A program made the position numbers and the translations under genes. 64,000 nt of DNA. Origin: Actinomycetota bacterium (GTDB taxonomy: Bacteria; Actinomycetota; Thermoleophilia; Solirubrobacterales; JACPNS01). Location: assembly GCA_016219715.1 (NCBI GenBank), contig JACRKX010000027.1, positions 3,667 to 67,666 on the forward strand, read 5' to 3'. The notes under the pieces are model-generated. The model saw only the letters and a list, made by a program, of their open reading frames with translations. It did not search any database and was not told where the DNA came from. The stretch's first letter is position 1. Every line of letters starts with the position of its first letter. Shown here piece by piece: positions 1 to 8,854 of this stretch.

Positions 1-2
1 CG

Positions 3-1589
3 TTGAGCGGCTTCACCACCCCCGGAGAGCACAGCTTCGAGGTGCGCGCCGTGTTCGGTTCAACGGTCGATGAATCACCGGAGAAGCGCTTCGTCTGGGT
101 CGATGACCGCGCGTTCAACGCAGTGCCGACAGTCACGGCAGTTCCGAACTCGCTCGAACCCACCGCGGCCGACGCCAACGACGCCGGCGCCCACCCGAAC
201 ATCACCGCGACGCTGTCGCTCGAGGGCTACGACGACCCGAAGAGCGCCAACGTCATCGGCCCCGACGGCCTGATGGGGTCGCTGCGCTCGATCCCTGAGA
301 ACAGCCGCTGCAGCATGGCTCAGGCCGACGCCGGCACCTGCCCACCCAGCTCGCTGATCGGAACCGCGACGGCCACAGCCACGACGACGACCGACGGCGC
401 CGTCACCGCCAACGGAAACATCTACCTCGTCGACGCCGCCGGCCTGCCGGCCAGTGACGCGGCGGGAGTTGCCGTTGAGTTCGAGAACATCACCGGTCCG
501 GTGAACGGCGACCTCGGAAACGTGGTCGCCCGCGGCGGCCTGCGGATCAACGACCAGGCACGTAACCTGCGCGCCGTTATCGACGACATCCCGCGCCAGA
601 CCTCCGGCGGCGTGCGTTTCCACCTACGCAGCGGTTCGCTGACGATCAACGGCGACACCCGGCCGGACATGGGCGCGCCACCAAGCGAGACGAATCCGCC
701 GCTGATCACCAACCAGCACATCTGTGCGTCGCCGGGAGCCTCGCGTCCGAACTTCAACAAGTTCGTCGGAACTGGCAAGGGATACGACGGCTCGACCACA
801 CCGACGATCACCGCGACGTACGCCGTCGACAATTGCGCAGCCCTGCCGTTCAGCCCAACGATCAACTACGAGTTCAGCGACCTGACGGCCGGTGCCGGAA
901 CCGAGCTAAAGGTAACCGCGTCAGTGCCCTACGACCACAGCACGCTGCGCGCAGTACAGGTCGTTCTGCCTCCGTTCGCCGCAGCGAACACCGCCGCCTT
1001 TGGAGACGCCTCGATGGACCAGTGTCCGGTAGAGGCCATCGTCAACGCCTCACCGCCATCGACACCGACCTACAACTACTTCGACTACGAGAATCCGTCG
1101 TACCCGTGCCCGGCACAGGCGCGAGTCGGATCGGCGACCATCACCAGTCCGCTGCTCGAGAGCCCGATCACCGGTACGGTCTGGCTGATCGAGAAGGCGC
1201 CGATTCCGAACATCGGAGTTGCGATCGATGCCGATGCCCCGGGCAACCCACAGGGAGTGAACATCGGACTGATCGGAACGACAGCAACCGTTTCGTACGT
1301 AGCGACCTGCGATCCACTGCTCGAGACGTGCGACCAGGCGATCCAGTCGACGTTCGCAAGCCTGCCCGACGTTCCACTCTCCACCATGGTGATGGAACTC
1401 GGCACGGTTCCGGGGCGCGTCGACAGTCTGGGCAACCCGCTACAGCAACACATGATCAAGATCGCCGCCGCCGCCGATTCGGTATGCCGCAACGCCGGCG
1501 ACAACGTCCGCACATTGCTAGTGCCATGGCGGGGCACGCCGAACGCCTCACGCACTCAGCTGACGCAGCCGACCGGCTGCCTCCAATAA
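3..1589 (+). CDS. C-terminal 528 aa of a large secreted cysteine-rich modular protein (5' end outside the window). Paralog of CDS 19458-22490. Function unknown.
   Basis: The frame is open to the window edge. Motifs are co-linear with the 1031-aa ORF: GEHSFEVRAV/GSHTFQVKAV, AGAHPNITATLSLEG/AVGHPNVSASFNITGG, CAALPFSPTINY/CSTVPFNPTINL, VWLIEKAPIPNIGV/VYLIEKSPIPWLGV, ATCDPLLETC/PSCDPLLDPMGFC. Both end with GCL(Q) at the C-terminus. Confidence 0.7.
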   Translation: MSGFTTPGEHSFEVRAVFGSTVDESPEKRFVWVDDRAFNAVPTVTAVPNSLEPTAADANDAGAHPNITATLSLEGYDDPKSANVIGPDGLMGSLRSIPENSRCSMAQADAGTCPPSSLIGTATATATTTTDGAVTANGNIYLVDAAGLPASDAAGVAVEFENITGPVNGDLGNVVARGGLRINDQARNLRAVIDDIPRQTSGGVRFHLRSGSLTINGDTRPDMGAPPSETNPPLITNQHICASPGASRPNFNKFVGTGKGYDGSTTPTITATYAVDNCAALPFSPTINYEFSDLTAGAGTELKVTASVPYDHSTLRAVQVVLPPFAAANTAAFGDASMDQCPVEAIVNASPPSTPTYNYFDYENPSYPCPAQARVGSATITSPLLESPITGTVWLIEKAPIPNIGVAIDADAPGNPQGVNIGLIGTTATVSYVATCDPLLETCDQAIQSTFASLPDVPLSTMVMELGTVPGRVDSLGNPLQQHMIKIAAAADSVCRNAGDNVRTLLVPWRGTPNASRTQLTQPTGCLQ

Positions 1590-1630
1590 CTCCGGCAGAC
1601 ACCGTGGTGGCCTGGGGGGCCGCCCGAGAC

Positions 1631-1657
1631 GAAGGGCCCGCATCATGCGGGCCCTTC
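1631..1657 (+). terminator. Stem-loop terminator candidate downstream of CDS 3-1589
   Basis: Perfect 12-bp stem GAAGGGCCCGCA / TGCGGGCCCTTC with a 3-nt loop, 42 nt after the stop codon. There is no strong U-tract. Confidence 0.55.
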
Positions 1658-1802
1658 GTCGTTCTCGAGCTGGTGCAGTTGGGACGCTCGCAGCACCGCG
1701 GCCAACACCCGACCCGAATCTTTGTCCATCAGTAACACCACCTTCACAGGCATCTCGATACATTGCGTTGAGTCCGCTAATTCGCTGAAAACGGAGGTCC
1801 CC

Positions 1803-2009
1803 ATGACGTTTCCAGACCCTGCGTACGAGTCCGAAGCCGACTCGATGATGAGCGACATCATGTTCGAGAGCGAAGGCGGTATCAGCCCCACGCTCACCCC
1901 GTTCGTGGCGCTCGGCAGCGACGATCCGGCGATGGAGCTGCTCGACGGCCCGACCACGCCCGAACAGGCACAGGCGGCCGACCTCTGGCAGACCTTTAGA
2001 CAGACCTGA
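1803..2009 (+). CDS. Small (68 aa) highly acidic hypothetical protein
   Basis: ATG at 1803 is preceded by GGAGG (1793-1797, 5-nt spacer). The longer track ORF from 1722 lacks an RBS. No recognisable domain. Confidence 0.4.
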   Translation: MTFPDPAYESEADSMMSDIMFESEGGISPTLTPFVALGSDDPAMELLDGPTTPEQAQAADLWQTFRQT

Positions 2010-2040
2010 AGCTTCGCCTAGGGCCCTCGGCCAGGCACGG

Positions 2041-2985
2041 TCAGAGATCGACGCTCCGCGCGTCGATCTCTCCGGCAGCCAACTTCGCCATCAGCGCCGT
2101 GCAGATAGCCAGATCCTGAATCGCCAAGCCGGTCGAGTCAAACAGCGTGGGCTTGTCGTCGCGACGCATCGAGCTGACACCGGTGAGTAACCAGCCCAGC
2201 TCGGTGACGTCGCCGCGCGCGACAACACCGCGCGCCACCGCGCCGGTGATCTCACCGCCGTGGCTGGCCTGTTCCCATTCGTCGCAGAACAACAGACACG
2301 AGTCGAGCGCCTCGGGAGTCAGTTCAGACTTGCCAGGCCCGTCGGCACCCAGCGCATTGATGTGCTGCCCGGGTCGCAGGTCGGCGGCAGTGACGACCGG
2401 CTCCGAGCCGGGGGTGATCGTGCAGACGACGTCCTGGCCGGCGGCCTCGGCACGCGTACCCGCCCGCCAGCCGAACTCGGCGGCGAGACTTGCGGCGAGG
2501 CTCTCCGTGGCGTCGAAGACCACCCCATCGCCGTAGCCCGCAGCCGCCATGCAACGCGCCACCCAGGCGCCGTGCAATCCACAGCCAATGATTCCGACGC
2601 TACGCGCGCCTTCGGGCGCGATAGCGCGAGTAGCAATCGGCGCTACCGCGCCGGTGCGCAGCGCTGTGACGGCGCGTCCGTCGATCAGCGCCAGCGGTTC
2701 GCCGCTCTCGGCGCTGGAGACGATGATCGTTCCGTAGACGACCGGCATGCCATGCGCTGAGTTACCGGGAAACGAAGTGACCCACTTGACGATTGCCAGG
2801 CCGTCGCCCCGTGCGGGCATCGCGCGAAAGTCGCCGCCAGGCGGAGCATCGAGATAGACCTTCGACGGCATCACCCAGTCGCCGCAAGCGAAACGCTTGA
2901 AGCCTTCGGTGACGCGTTCGATCGCCTGCTCGGGCGAGACCGCGGCAAGCACCGCATCGTGGTCGATCAGGCGCAGGCTCGCCAT
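2041..2985 (-). CDS. Ornithine cyclodeaminase / mu-crystallin family NAD-dependent enzyme (archaeal-type alanine dehydrogenase-like)
   Basis: 314 aa. Family-typical motifs: DFRAMPA, KWVTSFPGN, Rossmann GIIGCGLHG, INALGADGPGKSEL, FDSTGLAIQD. Confidence 0.8.
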   Translation of the reverse strand: MASLRLIDHDAVLAAVSPEQAIERVTEGFKRFACGDWVMPSKVYLDAPPGGDFRAMPARGDGLAIVKWVTSFPGNSAHGMPVVYGTIIVSSAESGEPLALIDGRAVTALRTGAVAPIATRAIAPEGARSVGIIGCGLHGAWVARCMAAAGYGDGVVFDATESLAASLAAEFGWRAGTRAEAAGQDVVCTITPGSEPVVTAADLRPGQHINALGADGPGKSELTPEALDSCLLFCDEWEQASHGGEITGAVARGVVARGDVTELGWLLTGVSSMRRDDKPTLFDSTGLAIQDLAICTALMAKLAAGEIDARSVDL

Positions 2986-3030
2986 CGCCCGACGATCTCG
3001 ATCAGCCGCGATCGTAAAACGGTCATGCCG

Positions 3031-3249
3031 CTACCAGATCGCGTCGTTGTCGGCCGAGCCGACGCCTTCGAGCAGAGCAGCGCGCAGCCAGCCATTGACT
3101 GAGGGACCGGCATCTGGTGCGGGTGCGGTGGTGTCGGCGAGGAAGCGCTCGATCGCGGCGATCACTGCCGCCGCGTCTTCGGGCGAGGGGTCTGGCGAAA
3201 GGCTGTAGGAACCGCTGGCGGACATCGTTGCGAGCAAGCTACCAGCCAT
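3031..3249 (-). CDS. Small hypothetical protein (72 aa)
   Basis: ORF sits upstream of, and co-oriented with, the ocd-family gene. Ala/Pro-rich. It has a weak resemblance to acyl-CoA carboxylase epsilon-type peptides (PEDAAAVIAAIERFLA ... W), which I cannot verify by eye. Confidence 0.3.
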   Translation of the reverse strand: MAGSLLATMSASGSYSLSPDPSPEDAAAVIAAIERFLADTTAPAPDAGPSVNGWLRAALLEGVGSADNDAIW

Positions 3250-3353
3250 CCGTCACGAGGGCGCGGCGCAGGTCTGATCGCAGGCCAAAGAAATCAACGC
3301 ACGTTCGCGAAAATCTCGCTATCCTTGAAATACCTTAATTGCTATCGCTTTAG

Positions 3354-3385
3354 TCGGATTTAGTCCCGCGCTCGGATTTGATCCC
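3354..3385 (+). promoter_or_regulatory. Direct-repeat candidate operator upstream of the sulfate-assimilation operon
   Basis: TCGGATTTAGTCCC (3354-3367) and TCGGATTTGATCCC (3372-3385) have starts 18 bp apart. They lie in an AT-richer stretch just 5' of the sir RBS. Confidence 0.3.
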
Positions 3386-3407
3386 TCAGAAGGAGAACGA
3401 CCGCCCA

Positions 3408-5246
3408 ATGGAGCCCGTTACTACTGCGCCCGTCACCACCGGGAAGCCCCGCAAGATCAACAAGATCGGCACGATCGAGAATCCGGAGGTCTTCACCAAC
3501 GTCCCGGGCCACGTGATCCCGATCATCGAGCAAGAGTTCGACGACTTCGAGACCGAAGCCGGCCGCTTCCTGGGCAACGAGATAGAAGAGGTCGACTTCA
3601 TCGGCTTCCGCCTCAAGCAGGGCGTCTACGGACAGCGCCAGCCCGGCGTAAACATGACGCGCGTGAAGCTGCCGTTCGGCGGCATCACCCCCGAACAGAT
3701 GGAGGCGTTCGCCGACGGCGCCGAGAACTGGGCGCCGCTCAAGAAAGCCCACATCACCACGCGCCAGGCCGTGCAGCTACACAACATCCCGCTGGCGCGC
3801 ATGGAGAGCATGCTGCGCCACATCAGCAAGACCGGCCTCTCCAGCCGCGAGGGCTGCGGCAACACAGTGCGCAACGTCTCCGGCGACCCGTTCGCCGGCA
3901 TCCTCGAAGACGAAGTCTTCGACCCCACCCCCTACGCCGGCGCCTTCGTGCGCTACTTCGTGCGCAGCGAGCTCACCCAGCTGCTGCCGCGCAAGTGCAA
4001 GGTCGCCTTCGACGGCTCGCCGCAGGCCGGTCGCTCGATCACGTCGATCCACGACATCGCCTTCGAGTCGGCGATCAAGGATGGTCAGAAGGGCTTCCGC
4101 GTGCTGGTTGGCGGCGGCACCTCGATCTTCCCGCGCATCGCCCCCGAGCTGTTCGACTTCGTGCCGCTCGACGAGTTCCTCAAAGTCTCTGAGGCCGTGC
4201 TGCGCATCTTCAACCGCTGCGACGAGCTGCGTGTCAACCGCGCGCGTGCCCGCATCAAGGTCTACATCGACCGCATCGGCATGGACGCCTTCCGCGAGGA
4301 AGTCATCGAGGAGATGAAGGGCGACTGGGTGGGCGACCGCAACTTCGACCCCGAGCCGCTGCTGTTCATCGACGACGAAGAAGCCGACGCCCCGGCCGCG
4401 CCCGAAGGGCTGGTCAGTCCCAACGGCGACCTCACCGAGTTCAACGCCTTCAGCGAACACAACGTCTTCCCGCAGAAACAGCAGGGCTACAGCGCAATCG
4501 GCGTGCGCGTCTTTCGCGGCGACCTCTCGCCCGAGCAGTGGCGCGGCCTCGCCGAGATCAGCCGCAAGTACAGCAGCGGCCGCGCGCGCACCACGCAGGA
4601 CCAGAACCTCGTGCTGCGCTGGGTTCCCAACGAGGCCGTCTACGAAGTCTGGACCAAGCTCAAGGAGCTCGGCCTCGGCGACGGCGGCTTCGACACGCTG
4701 CAAGACGTCGTCAGCTGCCCCGGCACCGACAGCTGCAAACTCGGCATCACCGCGTCGATGGGCCTCAACAAGGCCGTGCATGACCGCATCGCCGAACTCA
4801 ACATCACCGACCCGCTGACCAAGCAGGTCGACGTTCGCATGAGCGGCTGCCCGAACGGCTGCTCGCAGCACCACATCGCCTCGATCGGCTTCAACGGCGC
4901 CTCGATGAAGTTCGACGGCAAGCAGGTGCCCGCGTACCTCGTGCAGATCGGCGGCCGCGGCAAAGGCCCGGTGGCCAACTTCGGCCAGCGCCTGAAGCTG
5001 CGCATCCCCGCCAAGCGCGTGCCCGACGCGGTCGAGCGCTGGCTGAAGCTCTACGAGTCCGACCGCAACGAGGGCGAGCTGTTCGCCGACTTCGTCGAGC
5101 GCGTCGGCACCACGCCATTCGAAGACGTAGCCAAGGACCTCACGCTGCCCGTCGAGTACAGCGCCGAGACCGAGGACGTGTTCGTCGACTGGCAGCGTCA
5201 GGGCCTCTTCGAGGTCATCCGCGGCGAAGGCGAGTGCGCGGTCTGA
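3408..5246 (+). CDS. sir: Assimilatory sulfite reductase (ferredoxin-type nitrite/sulfite reductase, siroheme/4Fe-4S)
   Basis: Siroheme-[4Fe-4S] cysteine motifs SCPGTDSCKLG and SGCPNGCSQHH, plus a duplicated NiR/SiR fold. ATG at 3408 with AGGAG at 3391-3395. The track TTG at 3378 is less likely. Confidence 0.85.
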   Translation: MEPVTTAPVTTGKPRKINKIGTIENPEVFTNVPGHVIPIIEQEFDDFETEAGRFLGNEIEEVDFIGFRLKQGVYGQRQPGVNMTRVKLPFGGITPEQMEAFADGAENWAPLKKAHITTRQAVQLHNIPLARMESMLRHISKTGLSSREGCGNTVRNVSGDPFAGILEDEVFDPTPYAGAFVRYFVRSELTQLLPRKCKVAFDGSPQAGRSITSIHDIAFESAIKDGQKGFRVLVGGGTSIFPRIAPELFDFVPLDEFLKVSEAVLRIFNRCDELRVNRARARIKVYIDRIGMDAFREEVIEEMKGDWVGDRNFDPEPLLFIDDEEADAPAAPEGLVSPNGDLTEFNAFSEHNVFPQKQQGYSAIGVRVFRGDLSPEQWRGLAEISRKYSSGRARTTQDQNLVLRWVPNEAVYEVWTKLKELGLGDGGFDTLQDVVSCPGTDSCKLGITASMGLNKAVHDRIAELNITDPLTKQVDVRMSGCPNGCSQHHIASIGFNGASMKFDGKQVPAYLVQIGGRGKGPVANFGQRLKLRIPAKRVPDAVERWLKLYESDRNEGELFADFVERVGTTPFEDVAKDLTLPVEYSAETEDVFVDWQRQGLFEVIRGEGECAV

Positions 5247-5292
5247 CCCGCGCGTTCCAGCGCAGGAAAACCCCCAACGGAAGGCAACACAA

Positions 5293-6059
5293 GTGACTCC
5301 TGAAACCGCAGAAGCACAGGCGCTCGATACGCCGGTAGAGCCAGAGGCCACCACCCCGCTGTTCTCGCCCGAACTGCAGCCGCCCGGCAACGCCGACATC
5401 GACCTCACCGACGGTCCCGCCGAAGACGTGCTGCGCTACGCGGTCGAGCAGTTCCACCCGCGCCTCTACGTCGCCTCCTCGTTCCAGAAGGAAGCTTCGG
5501 TGATCCTCGACATGCTGCTCAAGATCGAGCCGAACGCCCGCTTCTTCACGATCGACACCGGCAACCTCTTCCCCGAGACGTTCGAGGTCTGGCGCAAGAT
5601 CGAACAGCGCTACGACGTGAAGATCGACGTCTACAACGCCACAGACTTCGCTCCCGCCTCGATCCTCGCGCAGTCGACACCCCAGAACACCTGGGCCGGC
5701 GAGCCCGACGAGTGCTGCGGCAAGTACAAGGTCGCCGCACTACAGGCGGCGCTGCTGAACGTCGACGCCTGGGTCACCGGCCTGCGCCGCGAGCAGGCGC
5801 ACACCCGCGCCGAGACCCGCAAGGTCCAGTGGGACGCCAAGAACGACCGCTGGAAGGTCTGCCCGCTGGCCGACTGGACCGAGCCGACTGGACCGAAAAA
5901 GACGTCTGGCGCTACCTGCACGAGAACGACGTTCCCTACAACGAGCTGCACGACCGGGGCTACTCCTCGATCGGCTGCACGACCTGCACCCAAGCAGGCG
6001 AGGGCCGCGAGGGCCGCTGGGCCGGCAGCGACAAGACCGAGTGCGGCCTGCACGGCTGA
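5293..6059 (+). pseudogene. cysH: APS/PAPS reductase (CysH, Fe-S cluster type) disrupted by a +14 nt frameshift
   Basis: The N-terminal 195 aa in the frame of 5293 ([33 protein letters not shown]) are normal. The canonical C-terminus [31 protein letters not shown]...KTECGLHG* is in the frame of ORF 5712-6059. The switch coincides with a tandem duplication at 5869-5896. Confidence 0.8.
5869..5896 (+). repeat. Perfect 14-bp tandem duplication (GCCGACTGGACCGA x2) inside cysH
   Basis: Read directly from the sequence: copy 1 is 5869-5882 and copy 2 is 5883-5896. Removing one copy restores a single ~250-aa CysH frame. Confidence 0.95.
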
Positions 6060-6101
6060 AACTTCACCCAATCCATCCAGAAAGAAAAGAAAGGCAACAC
6101 C

Positions 6102-6674
6102 TTGAGTACTGAGCAGAAAGGATTCGTCCTCTGGTTCACCGGACTGTCCGGCGCCGGAAAGACCACGATCGCCGACATCGTCGAGGCGCGCCTGCGCGAC
6201 CGCGGCAGCAAGATCGAAGTGCTCGACGGCGACGTCGTGCGCACGCACCTCTCTAAGGGCCTCGGCTTCTCCCGCGAAGACCGCGACACCAACATCGCGC
6301 GCATCGCCTTCGTCGCCAACCTGCTGGCCCGCAACGAGGTGCCGGTGATCACCGCCGCGATCTCGCCCTACCGCGAGACCCGTGACGCCGCCCGCGAGCT
6401 GATCGGCGACGACAAGTTCATCGAGATCCACGTGGCGACGTCGCTCGAGGCCTGCGAGGCACGCGACACCAAGGGCCTCTACGCCAAGGCTCGCTCTGGC
6501 GAGATCAAGGAGTTCACGGGCATCAGCGACCCCTACGAGGAGCCGCTCAACCCCGAGATCACGATCCAGACCGAAGGCTCCACGGCCGACGAGTCGGCCG
6601 ACGAGATCTTCGCGTACCTCGAAGCCAACGGATTCCTGACGACGGCCGGCGAGCTTGAAGGGGCGGCCGCCTAA
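6102..6674 (+). CDS. cysC: Adenylylsulfate (APS) kinase
   Basis: 190 aa. P-loop GLSGAGKTTIA, LDGDVVR, FSREDRDTNIARI. TTG start preceded by GAAAGGCAACAC; a similar AAGGCAACAC element precedes the cysH start. Confidence 0.9.
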   Translation: MSTEQKGFVLWFTGLSGAGKTTIADIVEARLRDRGSKIEVLDGDVVRTHLSKGLGFSREDRDTNIARIAFVANLLARNEVPVITAAISPYRETRDAARELIGDDKFIEIHVATSLEACEARDTKGLYAKARSGEIKEFTGISDPYEEPLNPEITIQTEGSTADESADEIFAYLEANGFLTTAGELEGAAA

Positions 6675-7735
6675 TGGCTCAGATCACTCTTTCAGCCAAG
6701 CAGACCGCCGACTTCGAGCTGCTGGCCAATGGCGGCTTCGCGCCGCTGACGACCTTCCAGGAGCACGAGGACTACGTGAGCGTCGTCGAGAACATGCGTC
6801 TCGCAAACGGCGAGCCGTGGTCGATTCCCGTCGTGCTCGCCTCCGACACCGGCGAACTCGGCGAGACGCTCGAACTGATCGGCAGCCAGGGCGAGCAGCT
6901 CGGCACGATCACCGTCGCCGAGATCTACGAGCGTGACCTGAAGAACGAGGCCGAGAAGGTCTACCGCACGACCGACGAGGCTCACCCGGGCGTTGCGGCG
7001 CTCTACAGCGAGTCCTCGCGCGTGATCTCCGGACCGATCGAGGCCAAGACGCTGCCCGACCACATCGACATCGTCAAGCCCTACCTGCTCACGCCGGCCG
7101 AGACGAAGGCCGAGTTCGAGAAGCGCGGCTGGAAGACCGTCGTCGGATTCCAGACCCGCAACCCGATCCACCGAGCTCACGAGTACATCACCAAGGTGGC
7201 GCTCGAGGGCGTCGACGGTCTCTTCCTTCACCCGCTGGTCGGCGAGACCAAGAGCGACGACATCGACGCCGAGACACGCATGAAGTGCTACGAGGTGCTG
7301 ATCGACGGCTACTACGTCAAGGAGCGCGTGCTGCTGGGCGTCAACCCGGCCGCGATGCGTTACGCCGGACCGCGCGAGGCGATCTTCCACGCGCTGGTGC
7401 GTCGCAACTACGGCTGCACGCACTTCATCGTCGGCCGCGACCACGCGGGCGTAGGCGACTACTACGGCACCTACGACGCGCAGCACATCTTCGACGAGTT
7501 CGAGCCCGGCGAGCTGGGCATCGAGCCGCTGAAGTTCGAGCACAGCTTCTGGTGCAACCTGACCGGCAGCATGGCCACGAGCAAGACCTCGCCGGCCGGT
7601 CCCGAGGACAAGGTCTTCCTGTCCGGCACCGCCGTGCGCGAGATGCTGACCCGCGGCGAGCGCCCGCCCGTCGAGTTCACCCGTCCCGAGGTCGCCGACG
7701 TGCTGATCGAGGCAATGGCTGGAGTGCCGGCTTAA
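6674..7735 (+). CDS. sat: Sulfate adenylyltransferase (homo-oligomeric ATP sulfurylase, Sat type)
   Basis: QTRNPIHRAHE and GRDHAGVG motifs. The ATG overlaps the cysC stop (TAATG), suggesting translational coupling. Confidence 0.9.
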   Translation: MAQITLSAKQTADFELLANGGFAPLTTFQEHEDYVSVVENMRLANGEPWSIPVVLASDTGELGETLELIGSQGEQLGTITVAEIYERDLKNEAEKVYRTTDEAHPGVAALYSESSRVISGPIEAKTLPDHIDIVKPYLLTPAETKAEFEKRGWKTVVGFQTRNPIHRAHEYITKVALEGVDGLFLHPLVGETKSDDIDAETRMKCYEVLIDGYYVKERVLLGVNPAAMRYAGPREAIFHALVRRNYGCTHFIVGRDHAGVGDYYGTYDAQHIFDEFEPGELGIEPLKFEHSFWCNLTGSMATSKTSPAGPEDKVFLSGTAVREMLTRGERPPVEFTRPEVADVLIEAMAGVPA

Positions 7736-7768
7736 GCCCGCTGGGTGGCCGCGTAGGAGAACCTGGTC

Positions 7769-8806
7769 ATGGATCCGCTGCTCATTCTGTTCGGTTTCGG
7801 TGTCGGCGTAATGGTCGGCATCACCGGCATGGGCGGCGGATCCCTGATGACCCCCTTGCTCGTCCTCTTCTTCGGCGTCAAGCCCACGCTCGCCGTGGGC
7901 ACCGACATCGCGTACCAGGCGATCACCAAGTCGGTCGGCGGCTTCAAGCACTGGCGGCTGCGCACGGTGAACTTCGGCGCCAGCCTGTGGCTGGCCGCCG
8001 GCAGCGTGCCCGGTGCGGTCTTCGGCGTACAGGTCATCTCGATGGCCCGCGATCGCTGGGGCGAAGACGTCGAAACCTTCACGCTTATCGCGCTCGGCTG
8101 CGTGCTGGCGATGGTCGGCATCTTCACGCTCACCCGCTCGCTGCTGTTCGACAGCCACGTCTCCAGCGACGGGGTCGATCACATCGAGCTGAAGCCTTGG
8201 CAGAAGGCCGCAGCGATCGGCATCGGACTGACGACCGGATTCATCATCGGCATCACCTCCGCCGGCAGCGGAACGGTGATCGCCGTAGCGCTGATCGCGC
8301 TCTTCAAGATCCCGCCGCGCTACGTAGTCGGCACCGACGTCTTCCACGCCGCAATCCTGCTGTGGGCCGCCGGGCTGGCGCATTTCGCCGGCGGCAACAT
8401 CGACTTCGGCCTCGTCGGAAACCTGCTGATCGGTTCGATTCCCGGCGTCTACATCGGCGCACACTTCTCTGTTCGGATGCCGGAGGCGGCCTTGCGTACC
8501 GCGCTCGGAATGGTGCTGCTGCTGAGCGCCAGCGCCACCCTGAACAAGGCCGATGTCGCATACGCGCCGCCGATCCTGATCGTCGTCGGCGCGACCTTCC
8601 TTGCCACGATCGCGCTGGCGGTCTACAGCGGCAGGCTCGTCAACCCCTGGACGCTGCCACCAGAGAACCAGACAGACGACTCGCCCCCAGACGACCAGCA
8701 TTCCCCCGCCTTCAGCGCAAACGCGCCGGCCATGGATCTCGGTCTCGACGGCGCCCTGACACAGCGCACAACCGGCAAGCCGACCGGCGCGCTAACACGC
8801 GCATAA
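7769..8806 (+). CDS. TauE/SafE-family sulfite/anion exporter-like membrane protein
   Basis: 345 aa, about 8 TM segments with an internal duplication. N-terminal GxxGxGGG motif (GITGMGGGSLMTP). AGGAG 10 nt upstream. Last gene of the sulfur operon. Confidence 0.75.
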   Translation: MDPLLILFGFGVGVMVGITGMGGGSLMTPLLVLFFGVKPTLAVGTDIAYQAITKSVGGFKHWRLRTVNFGASLWLAAGSVPGAVFGVQVISMARDRWGEDVETFTLIALGCVLAMVGIFTLTRSLLFDSHVSSDGVDHIELKPWQKAAAIGIGLTTGFIIGITSAGSGTVIAVALIALFKIPPRYVVGTDVFHAAILLWAAGLAHFAGGNIDFGLVGNLLIGSIPGVYIGAHFSVRMPEAALRTALGMVLLLSASATLNKADVAYAPPILIVVGATFLATIALAVYSGRLVNPWTLPPENQTDDSPPDDQHSPAFSANAPAMDLGLDGALTQRTTGKPTGALTRA

Positions 8807-8854
8807 CGTCAATTTCGCGCGATTTTCGCCGCGCGTGCGTTAACGTTTTCACCC

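Noticed and set aside
3031-3249. Calling the 72-aa ORF an acyl-CoA carboxylase epsilon subunit.
   Set aside because: It shares only a loose compositional pattern, is not adjacent to the carboxylase gene at 9613, and cannot be supported without a profile search.
5293-6105. Taking the 270-aa ORF as an intact cysH.
   Set aside because: Its last ~75 residues ([20 protein letters not shown]...) are out-of-frame junk. The genuine C-terminus, including ECGLH, is in another frame after the 14-bp duplication.
6692-8701. A 669-aa ORF on the minus strand spanning sat and tauE. Similar long antisense ORFs are 3777-5408, 15725-16756, 31592-33349, 35432-36883, 39190-40599, 47015-47905 and 37231-38187.
   Set aside because: These are typical high-GC shadow ORFs. 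They are Arg/Ala/Gly/Asp-rich with no recognisable motifs, and each lies fully antisense to a gene with strong family signatures.
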